IMG/VR virus record: IMGVR_UViG_3300017704_000748
Span: 1-25,631 of that record
DNA length: 25,631 nucleotides
Reading direction: 5' to 3' (one strand)
From: a virus
Taxonomy: Duplodnaviria > Caudoviricetes
A program made the position numbers and the translations under genes. Positions 1 through 7,765 of this stretch are shown here, piece by piece; within the stretch, counting starts at the first letter, position 1; each line of letters starts with the position of its first letter. The notes under the pieces are model-generated. The model made no database searches. It was not told where the DNA came from and saw nothing but the letters and a program-made list of their open reading frames with translations.

Positions 1-255
1 AATACTCAAGACCCAATGCCAGGTGGGTATTGGATGAAGGGCGATGAATCTGTTATAGGGCATTTTGTTCTCGGCTCTTGCACTACATTAGATAGAGAGT
101 TCCCAAATGTTGCTTGCCCTATTATGGGCAAGGAAGACGCATGGGGCGTTCTTGTAGTTACATATGCGGATGGGGATGAACCTGACCCTAAAGTAACTAA
201 AGTAACTGCTATGAAGATCAGTGAGATACTCTATTTATTAGAAAGCAAACACTAA
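1..255 (+). CDS. Partial hypothetical protein, C-terminus resembling a GAF-like fold; probably starts before the window
   Basis: Frame is open from base 1 (NTQDPM...) to TAA 253-255. ACPI...WGVLVVTY followed by a terminal helix resembles the last strands and helix of GAF domains. Confidence 0.5.
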   Translation, partial: NTQDPMPGGYWMKGDESVIGHFVLGSCTTLDREFPNVACPIMGKEDAWGVLVVTYADGDEPDPKVTKVTAMKISEILYLLESKH

Positions 256-355
256 AATCAAATGGTGAGTTAGACAAGAACGTCCCAATCATTCAGTTAT
301 GTATCCGTGTTAGCTATTCTGGTTGGGCCTTCTCTCAACTTGGTAAGGCTGCTAA

Positions 356-744
356 AAAATATCCAAGGCAAGAAAAGGCAAGAGATCAAATCATAAGGAT
401 AAGAAGCATACCAAGTCACCAAGTCAGCAAGACGTAAGCAGAGTAACTGACAGTTGGCCAATCCTAATAAAAGGATGGTTAGCAAAGAAGAGACAAAATT
501 CCTTGATGAGTATTTCCCAAAGTGCATGCGCCAATTCAGACTTGGTGGCAAGCTGTACGATGGTTATGACAAAGAGAACAATCTCCTGATAGAGTACGAT
601 GGTTCATATTGGCATTCACTTCCAGGTACAAAAGAGAAAGATGAAGTAAAGAACAACATAGCATTGGACAATGGATACAGATTGATAAGAATTAGCTCCG
701 ATGAAGTTTACTTTAAATGGTCTCTGTATTACAAGAGGATGTAG
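356..744 (+). pseudogene. Decayed NUMOD3 + DUF559/Vsr-like homing endonuclease
   Basis: 454..744 carries YDGY...LLIEYDGSYWHS...K...A...GYRLIRI...E. A NUMOD3-like stretch KISKARKGKRSNHKDKKHTKS lies at 356-418 in a different frame, directly after a TAA, and the nuclease frame has stops upstream of 454. Confidence 0.65.
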
Positions 745-756
745 CGAACTTATTGA

Positions 757-796
757 GGTCCTATGTGGCATTAGTCACGAGAGGACCATATAGGAG
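757..796 (+). promoter_or_regulatory. Structured leader of primase with alternative hairpins, one covering the AGGAG Shine-Dalgarno
   Basis: TCCTATGTGG (759-768) can pair with CCATATAGGA (786-795). Alternatively GGTCCT (757-762) pairs with AGGACC (782-787) plus GTGGC (765-769) with GTCAC (774-778). Confidence 0.4.
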
Positions 797-801
797 TACA
801 G

Positions 802-1836
802 ATGGCAGACATACTTGATGTATTATCATCAGCATTAGGTGACCCAACTCGGGTTCAGTCAAATGGCGAAGCTTCATTCTATTGTCCGAGTTGTAACCAT
901 AAGAATCCCAAGCTTATGGTAAACACAAAAAAGTTCATGTATAACTGTTGGATCTGTGGTTTATCCGGCAGACGCAATTCAAATGAAAACCCATATAAAG
1001 TATTTGGTAGACTCCTATACAAGATAGGAAAGTATACAGAGGCGAAGAGGCTTCTGCGAGACTTTGGGGTTGTGACTACCCAGAGCTCAAAGGAATTAGA
1101 CAACCTGGCGTTTGTCAAACAGCTTCTTGATATGGATAACACTCCACATCAAGAGATTATACGAGTTGCTTTACCCAATGGCTATAGGAGGTTATATAGA
1201 ATGAGGAACGAAAAATTCTATGGCTATGGGTGGGAGTATCTACAAAGCAGAGGATTCGTAGAAGATGACTTGCTCAAATATGGAGTCATGTATAATATAA
1301 CAGATCAGAGGGTACTCTTTCCGTCCTACAGTGATGAATTGGAAATGAACTACTTTGTTTCCAGGACAATCAAGGAGGGCGAAAGGAAGCCGTATGATAA
1401 TCCGGAGTTCAGCAAGAACAGTATCATATTCAATGAGCATCTAATAGATTGGACAACTACGCTGTATTTAGTAGAAGGTGTATTTGATGCCATCATATCT
1501 AGAAAAAACACTACACCACTTTTAGGCTCATCACTTACAAAGCATTGTAAGTTGTTCGGCGCTATACTTGAAAAGAGGCCTCGTGTCGTTTTGGCACTCG
1601 ATCCTGACGCTTCAACGAATCAGTTGAAGATCATGAGACTTCTTATCAGACACAACATCGATGTGGAATGTATTGATTGGAAGGATGAGACTAGAGACAT
1701 AGCCCAGATGGGTAGTCATACGTTTAGTCAGTTCGGAACCATCAAGCACAATCTCAAGATGGATGTGGTGGACAAATTGAAGGGGGATAGGAATGAGAAT
1801 AGCCCACTGCGGCGACGTACATATTCGGCTGCTTAA
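802..1836 (+). CDS. DNA primase (DnaG/T4 gp61-like; zinc finger + TOPRIM)
   Basis: N-terminal CPSC...CWIC, RVLFP, YDNP, TOPRIM motifs LVEGVFDA and LALDPDA; AGGAG at 792-796. Confidence 0.9.
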   Translation: MADILDVLSSALGDPTRVQSNGEASFYCPSCNHKNPKLMVNTKKFMYNCWICGLSGRRNSNENPYKVFGRLLYKIGKYTEAKRLLRDFGVVTTQSSKELDNLAFVKQLLDMDNTPHQEIIRVALPNGYRRLYRMRNEKFYGYGWEYLQSRGFVEDDLLKYGVMYNITDQRVLFPSYSDELEMNYFVSRTIKEGERKPYDNPEFSKNSIIFNEHLIDWTTTLYLVEGVFDAIISRKNTTPLLGSSLTKHCKLFGAILEKRPRVVLALDPDASTNQLKIMRLLIRHNIDVECIDWKDETRDIAQMGSHTFSQFGTIKHNLKMDVVDKLKGDRNENSPLRRRTYSAA

Positions 1837-4800
1837 AAGGCACAGAGAATATAGACAAGCGTTCGAAAACTTTTTTGAAGAGTTGCGCAACCAAAACGTA
1901 GATAGAGTTGTAGTAGCTGGAGATTTGCTACACTCGAAGACCACAATGTCACCTGAAGCTATTTCAATGACCGCCAGGTTTCTGAATGGCTGTGCAGAGA
2001 TTGCGCCCACTGATGTGATCATTGGCAACCATGACTGTATAGTCAATCAGCCAGGCAGAATGGACGCCATCAGTCCGATCTTGGCTACGATGAATAATAC
2101 AAACATCACTCTACTTAAGAACAGTGGCATTTACGATATCGATCAACACTTCTCATATGGTGTATTCGCGATCAATGATGAGAAGAATTATCCACTGGTC
2201 ATCGATAACAAAGATCCTAATCGAACATACATAGCTCTGTTCCATGGTGCGGTGAATAAAGCGAAGACCGATGTCGATTTTGTTCTGAGGACCGATAACA
2301 CAATTACCATGTTCAAAGAATATGATATGGTAATGATGTCGGATATCCATAAGATGCAGTGGATGAGAGAGAATGATAAGGGGACTCCAGATGTAGTCTA
2401 TTCGGGTTCACTCATCCAACAAAACTTTGGTGAAGAGATAGACAAGGGTTTCATCCTATGGGACATCCCTGCAGAGAAGGGTAACCATAAGGTAGAGTTC
2501 ATGAAGGTTGATAATGAGTATGGTTTCTATACAATCAAGATGGATGATGTTACTGTTCCTACTGCAGAGCAAATGAATCTTGATGACGCACCTGCAAAGC
2601 CATACGTCAGAATTTCTGTAGCCTCTGATCAGTATGATCAGATTACTCTACAAGACATAGCTTCGGTTGTTCGCAGAAGACTCAACCCTATGAGCCTCTC
2701 TGTCGAAACCAACATCGAAGCCATCGCTAGTGACATAGCTCTCAAGGATCTTGAAATCGAGAATGTCTATCAGCTACCAGTTCAAGAGAAGATGCTCCGT
2801 GCATATTTCAAGACTATGGGTTTGAAGGCAGCAGAGATTAAGGACATCATCAATATTCACAGAGAGTTCTTTCGAACATCGATCAGCGACGAAATCAACA
2901 CCAGTAAAGGAACATACTGGAATATAGACTCGATCAAGTTTGATAACACCTTTTCTTATGGGTCAGGAAATGAAGTGGATTTCTCCACCATTCCGGGCCT
3001 TGTAGGTATTTTCTCACCCAACGCTTCTGGTAAGTCAGCTCTCCTTGATAGTATCCTCATGGGCTTCTTCTGCGCTTCATCTAGAGCTTCACGCAACAAC
3101 ATCGTAGATGTGTTGAACAAGAGTGAGAATGAAGCCAGTATAGAAATCAAGTTCACTGTCGACAACAAGCCATACGTTATCAGAAGAACCATTACCAGAA
3201 ATAGCAAGGATGAGAAGAGAGCCAATAACAACGTCAACATCTTTGAAATAGATTCGAATGGTGAGGAGAGCAACGTCACCGGTGACTCCAATACAAGAGG
3301 AACCGAAAGATACATTAGAGGTCTCCTTGGTGAGTATGATGAACATAAGCTAACCACCTTCGGTAACCAACATGACCTTATGGCGTTCATTAATATGAGA
3401 CAGAACGATCGTAAGGAAATGCTTTCAAGGTTCATGGGTCTTGATGTTATAGAGCACCTTCATGTAGCAGTCAACGAAGAAGTTAAGCAGCTGAAGACAT
3501 TGGTCAAGCAATACAAGAAGCATGACTATGTTTCCATTCAAAGGACCTACGCCAAGAAGAGGAAAGCTATTGACGCAGAAATCCTTGAAGTTGAAACCGA
3601 GTGTGGTGAGATCAAGGATCAGATCGGTAAATACAATGACGAGATAGCATCTGTTCAATCTACGATTAGGGAGGTATCCAATGGTGAAGCCGATCCAGAA
3701 AAGCTAGCCAGTGATATCAAAGATGAAGAGGTTAGATTGACCGATCATAAAGCTGCGTTATCATTCTCAAGTGTGGAGACACAAGAGACGATTATAGCAA
3801 GGGATGCTATGAGAAAGAAGCTAGTAGAGTTTGGTTCGTTCGATGAACTGAAAGATCAAGTGGAAGTCCTTACAGCGAAAGAAACCAAACTCACTACTAT
3901 GAAGAATGAAGCTGCTCTCATCAATAAGGACATTGAGACACATTCGTCTGCTGCTGATACACTTACAGCTCATGGTTGGTTCACCACGACAGAAGTTTGT
4001 AAGAAGTGTACATTTCTATCATCAGCGTTTACAAGTAGAGACACTCTCCCAGGACTCAAGGCTAGATCACAAGAATTATTCAGTGATATCGCGGCCACTG
4101 AAGCAGAGTTGGCAAAAGGCCTTGACACTAGAGAAGCGTATGCAAAAGCTCGTATCCTCGTCAAGAATATTGAGTCAGAAGATTGGAGCATTCAAGTTAA
4201 GATGGCGGCTCATCAACATGCAGAGCAAGCCGTTGAACATTCTCAAGCTACGTTGGTTTTACTTAATAAAGCTGTCAATGATTATGACGTAAATAAGGCA
4301 GTAATTGAACTCAACAAGAAGGCCAGGGAAAGAATCGCCGAGATCAAACAAGAAGTATCAGATCTAACTAAGGCTGTTCGCATTGGCGAGAAGAGTATTA
4401 ACACGAAGAAGGTAGAACTTGGTCAGATCATTCAGAAACTCAATGATTTGAAGTCATCAATCGATACTCTCAATGAAGTGGAGTCATCCTATAGGTATCA
4501 TTCATATCTACAGGATGCTCTCTCAAAGAATGGTATCCAGTTGCAGATTATTAAGAAGGTGATTCCAAGGATCAACTTGGAAGTAAGAAAGGTATTGTCT
4601 TGTCTTCAGAACTTTGAGATTGTCATAGAAGATGAAGACGATGATATTTACATTTTCATAGAAGATGGAATCACGAAAAGAAGGATCGAACTCGGGTCAG
4701 GGATGGAGAAGACTATAGCGGCGATCGCTATCAGAGCAGCTCTATCCAATATCTCCCTACTCCCCAGATGTAACCTGTTTGTGATAGATGAAGGGTTCGG

Positions 4801-4969
4801 TGCTTTAGATACAGAAAACCTAAATGAGATGAACCTGCTCCTTGGATATCTGAAGAGCGTGTTCAAATCCGTAATTATCATATCACACATTGATGCTATG
4901 CAAGACATATGCGACCATATCATCACAGTCAAGAAGGAGCAGGGGTATTCACACCTGAAGATATCATGA
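1793..4969 (+). CDS. Fused Mre11/SbcD nuclease - Rad50/SbcC ATPase (T4 gp47-gp46-like recombination nuclease)
   Basis: Metallophosphoesterase motifs GDVH, AGDL, GNHD, FHG, SDIH, YSGS; then Walker A SPNASGKS (3014-3037), coiled coil with CKKC hook (3998-4009), signature-like LGSGMEK, Walker B/D-loop FVIDEGFGALD, H-loop IISH. Confidence 0.92.
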   Translation: MRIAHCGDVHIRLLKRHREYRQAFENFFEELRNQNVDRVVVAGDLLHSKTTMSPEAISMTARFLNGCAEIAPTDVIIGNHDCIVNQPGRMDAISPILATMNNTNITLLKNSGIYDIDQHFSYGVFAINDEKNYPLVIDNKDPNRTYIALFHGAVNKAKTDVDFVLRTDNTITMFKEYDMVMMSDIHKMQWMRENDKGTPDVVYSGSLIQQNFGEEIDKGFILWDIPAEKGNHKVEFMKVDNEYGFYTIKMDDVTVPTAEQMNLDDAPAKPYVRISVASDQYDQITLQDIASVVRRRLNPMSLSVETNIEAIASDIALKDLEIENVYQLPVQEKMLRAYFKTMGLKAAEIKDIINIHREFFRTSISDEINTSKGTYWNIDSIKFDNTFSYGSGNEVDFSTIPGLVGIFSPNASGKSALLDSILMGFFCASSRASRNNIVDVLNKSENEASIEIKFTVDNKPYVIRRTITRNSKDEKRANNNVNIFEIDSNGEESNVTGDSNTRGTERYIRGLLGEYDEHKLTTFGNQHDLMAFINMRQNDRKEMLSRFMGLDVIEHLHVAVNEEVKQLKTLVKQYKKHDYVSIQRTYAKKRKAIDAEILEVETECGEIKDQIGKYNDEIASVQSTIREVSNGEADPEKLASDIKDEEVRLTDHKAALSFSSVETQETIIARDAMRKKLVEFGSFDELKDQVEVLTAKETKLTTMKNEAALINKDIETHSSAADTLTAHGWFTTTEVCKKCTFLSSAFTSRDTLPGLKARSQELFSDIAATEAELAKGLDTREAYAKARILVKNIESEDWSIQVKMAAHQHAEQAVEHSQATLVLLNKAVNDYDVNKAVIELNKKARERIAEIKQEVSDLTKAVRIGEKSINTKKVELGQIIQKLNDLKSSIDTLNEVESSYRYHSYLQDALSKNGIQLQIIKKVIPRINLEVRKVLSCLQNFEIVIEDEDDDIYIFIEDGITKRRIELGSGMEKTIAAIAIRAALSNISLLPRCNLFVIDEGFGALDTENLNEMNLLLGYLKSVFKSVIIISHIDAMQDICDHIITVKKEQGYSHLKIS

Positions 4970-5655
4970 GCATGCCACATCCAGGAAACATACCAGATGA
5001 ACCGTTCGGGAATCTATTTGCTGTACCAAAAAATTATGTAGAACGTCCTATTGAGGACCCTCTATTAGTCCTTGAAAAGTCAGCCAGAACCAACGTAGAG
5101 AGCAAGTCGTTTGAAGGAAGCGACCCTTCAAACTTCTCCTCGAGGATAAACCCATCCACAGGTAAAGCACCTGTTAGTGATGCCGAAGCCGCTGAATTTG
5201 TAGACACATTTCTTATTCACGATCCAGGATTCTATGACCCTAGTGATCCTGGTCGATCGGCAAAACTGGAACGTATAGATTCTAAAAGGAAGTTTGAGAT
5301 CACAGTCGATGAGTTGACCATAAAGGATAAGAAGAAGTCTGCTCACTATACAATGGACTATGATGGAAAGATCTATCAGCATCTTCAATTATGGCAAAGA
5401 GGATGGCACGCAGGCAAATCAAATCTCTATGGTAGATCATCATTGAATAACACTTCTATAGGAATAGAGGTGCTTGAGCCTTTCGAAGACATACAATATG
5501 CATCATTGGCCCTCCTTATTAGGGAAGTAGCCGATGTATATACCAAGATAGATCCTACGAGAATTGTAGGCCACTATCAAGTATCCCCAACAAGAAAGAC
5601 CGATCCAAGAAACTTTGATTGGTGGAAGCTATATACATATTTGTTCACCCTGTGA
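4966..5655 (+). CDS. N-acetylmuramoyl-L-alanine amidase (AmpD/Amidase_2 family), candidate endolysin
   Basis: LIHD, SAHY..DYDGKIYQ, WHAG, NNTSIGIE, IVGH, RKTDP. Start 4966 preferred over 4909 because of the ATGA overlap with the upstream stop. Confidence 0.85.
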   Translation: MSMPHPGNIPDEPFGNLFAVPKNYVERPIEDPLLVLEKSARTNVESKSFEGSDPSNFSSRINPSTGKAPVSDAEAAEFVDTFLIHDPGFYDPSDPGRSAKLERIDSKRKFEITVDELTIKDKKKSAHYTMDYDGKIYQHLQLWQRGWHAGKSNLYGRSSLNNTSIGIEVLEPFEDIQYASLALLIREVADVYTKIDPTRIVGHYQVSPTRKTDPRNFDWWKLYTYLFTL

Positions 5656-5665
5656 TATTTATAGT
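5653..5665 (+). promoter_or_regulatory. Repeated motif TGATATTTATAGT, candidate phage late promoter
   Basis: Identical 12-mer at 5653, 6192 and 11068; here it overlaps the amidase stop and lies about 30 nt before ATG 5695. Confidence 0.55.
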
Positions 5666-5694
5666 AGGATTGGCAATTATTATGGGAGATCACA

Positions 5695-6194
5695 ATGGAG
5701 TGCAAGGAATGTAATAAACCTATAACCTCTGGTTCAAAGACCGGTCATTGTAGAAGGTGTGTTAAGTTGGGTAAGAAGAGGAAAAGGTTTACAGAAGAGC
5801 ATAAGCAGAAAATAGCGGAGAGCATGAAAGGTAAACAGACATTTCTTGGTAAGAAGCATTCCGAAAAGACCAAAGAGAAAATGCGCCTTGCTAGAAAAAG
5901 GCTATCGACGAAGGTAGAGGAACCATAAGAAGAAGTTCGGCTGAAGAGAAAATGGCTAATATTCTGGATGAAATGGGGATAGAATATTCTAGACAACATA
6001 GGATAGATAATAGATACTATGATTTCTATGTGCCGAAGTCTAACATGCTTATTGAAGTCGCCGGCCGCTATTGGCATTCAATGGAGAAGCAGATTCCTAT
6101 AGATAAAATCAAGAACCATCTAGCAAAAGACAACAATTACGCTCTTATTAGAGTGTGGGATGATGAAATTGATCATTGTTGGCGAATCGTCTGA
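5695..6194 (+). pseudogene. Zinc finger-NUMOD3-DUF559 homing endonuclease split by a single -1 frame change (ORFs 5695..5928 and 5952..6194)
   Basis: CKEC...CRRC, two NUMOD3 motifs (FTEEHKQKIAESMKGK, FLGKKHSEKTKEKM), then YDFY...LIEVAGRYWHS...LIRVW. The second frame is open from 5895, so one extra A in the 5895-5899 run joins them as ...MRLARKKAIDEGRGTIRRSSAEEKMANIL... Confidence 0.75.
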
Positions 6195-6204
6195 TATTTA
6201 TAGT
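6192..6204 (+). promoter_or_regulatory. Repeated motif TGATATTTATAGT, candidate phage late promoter
   Basis: Exact 13-nt match to 5653-5665, again overlapping a TGA stop; a variant TATTTAC follows at 6256-6262. Confidence 0.55.
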
Positions 6205-6278
6205 GAATCTTTGTACCACCAAGGAATTTCGACTGGTGGAAATTGTATACATATCTATTTACTTTGTAGGAGTGAAAC

Positions 6279-6707
6279 ATGCTTGCAGATCGTAGTTGGA
6301 ACGTTGGTGCAGATGACTTCAACGCTTCGGCATCTACCCCTGCGCTCATCTCGACAGCCGATTGGACAATCGCTATTCCTGTAGGAGCGTGGGCGGATAT
6401 ATCAGCAGATACGTGTATTATCGAAGCGAATAATAGTAACCCACTGGATCCTAACAAGGCACATTCCTATGTTAATCCTATGGGCTACGCTATAGAATCG
6501 GGCGGGACAAGGCCTTGGGAGGTTGACCAACGCGCAGCCTCGGCAGATGACTTTGCCAATGCGTGGGTTCAGATTGATACGCTTACAACCTCAGCCTATC
6601 AAGGTTCTGGTTGCTGGAGATATGTTAGAATCAGGAACCTCGACGATGAATTGAATGCTAGCTTTTCTGCTTTCATTTGGAGCTATCACCGCGCACCGAT
6701 GGTTTAA
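6279..6707 (+). CDS. Hypothetical protein, possibly virion structural
   Basis: AGGAG upstream; Ala/Ser/Trp-rich and lysine-poor with a WRYVRIR strand; follows the candidate late motif. Confidence 0.7.
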   Translation: MLADRSWNVGADDFNASASTPALISTADWTIAIPVGAWADISADTCIIEANNSNPLDPNKAHSYVNPMGYAIESGGTRPWEVDQRAASADDFANAWVQIDTLTTSAYQGSGCWRYVRIRNLDDELNASFSAFIWSYHRAPMV

Positions 6708-6744
6708 TTAACAATAGCAATTGATTACTAGAAAATGAGGTCAT

Positions 6745-7005
6745 ATGAGTTTACCAACAAGGCAGTATAAGAAGGTTACTGTAACACATGGCACAAAGAA
6801 AACCAGTAAGCCACTCAATCCAACGTTCTGTCCTATTATACATGAGGACGCTGAAAAGAAATGTGGTAACATGTTGACTGGTTATGATGGTTTGTTTTTC
6901 AATCAGTACGGCATGTGTGAAGAATGCTTTAACAAATATCAACCTGTAGAGAATAATCTAGTAGTCGATGAAGATGACAGGGTGGTAGAGAAGACTGAAG
7001 AATAA
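6745..7005 (+). CDS. Small Cys-containing (possible zinc-binding) hypothetical protein
   Basis: GAGGT upstream; CP...C...CEEC pattern. Confidence 0.7.
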   Translation: MSLPTRQYKKVTVTHGTKKTSKPLNPTFCPIIHEDAEKKCGNMLTGYDGLFFNQYGMCEECFNKYQPVENNLVVDEDDRVVEKTEE

Positions 7006-7007
7006 TA

Positions 7008-7033
7008 GTGGGGCTACTCTGTGGCCCCATTTT
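7008..7033 (+). terminator. Hairpin, probable weak intrinsic terminator or processing site
   Basis: GTGGGGCTAC-TCT-GTGGCCCCAT followed by a short T run, directly after the 7005 stop. Confidence 0.5.
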
Positions 7034-7053
7034 CATATCTACGGAGATAAGGA

Positions 7054-7500
7054 ATGACCGAGTTCAGAGACAGTGCGGCTTCAATGGTTGATGCTGGCTT
7101 TAAGGATTACGCTGAAGTACAAGTCGATAACAATTCACCAAACAGAGTTCAAGATTCGGTCGTTAACAATGCCATCGAGGTGATCGCGAACTTTGTAGAT
7201 AAGGCTCCCAATGTGAATGCTAAATTCCATTCACTCCAGGACCCGGAATCAGATGAACAAATCAATGCCTTTATCCTTAGCACTCAGGTGTATACCTCCG
7301 CAAGGGATCAGCTCCAGACAGAATCTGATACACAGGCAGAATTGAATTCGTTGGTAGCACTCATCACAGATGAGCTAAAGAAGAACGGATTCAAATCGCC
7401 AGGTATCAAAGAACTCGATTGGGAGTTCGAAGGTATGGGTTGGGGTTCCACAAGAAACATCCTATGCACAGCAAAGCTTTCGTGCACATATAAAGTGTAG
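7054..7500 (+). CDS. Hypothetical protein
   Basis: 148-aa ORF with GGAG upstream, tightly packed with neighbours. Confidence 0.75.
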   Translation: MTEFRDSAASMVDAGFKDYAEVQVDNNSPNRVQDSVVNNAIEVIANFVDKAPNVNAKFHSLQDPESDEQINAFILSTQVYTSARDQLQTESDTQAELNSLVALITDELKKNGFKSPGIKELDWEFEGMGWGSTRNILCTAKLSCTYKV

Positions 7501-7502
7501 TT

Positions 7503-7754
7503 ATGCTGAAGTGGTATACGATTCTATTTGTTATGTTGTGGCTTGTTGAGCCATTACTTGGCGGTGCTCTAAGTTCTGAGGACAAAATAGCCATGCAAGA
7601 TATGGCAGCAGCAAATGTAGTAATATTAAAAAGCCAAGCGCCTTTCTGGTTTGATTCTTTGAGTATGATCATCATGGCGCTAATAACAGTTGTAGTAGGT
7701 CCAGTAGTACATGCATGGGCTAAGAAGAGATTTGCAACACCAAGTGAGAAATAA
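7503..7754 (+). CDS. Small membrane protein (two hydrophobic segments, basic tail)
   Basis: WYTILFVMLWLVEPLLGG and LSMIIMALITVVVGPVV, then KKR. Confidence 0.7.
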   Translation: MLKWYTILFVMLWLVEPLLGGALSSEDKIAMQDMAAANVVILKSQAPFWFDSLSMIIMALITVVVGPVVHAWAKKRFATPSEK

Positions 7755-7765
7755 ACGGAGGTCAT

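Noticed and set aside
707-735. TTTACT-N17-TACAAG as a primase promoter
   Set aside because: The -35 resembles the twin promoters but the -10 is poor and it lies within an ORF.
6216-6239. CCACCA/TGGTGG hairpin as a terminator or ncRNA
   Set aside because: Only 6 bp with a 12-nt loop and no U tract.
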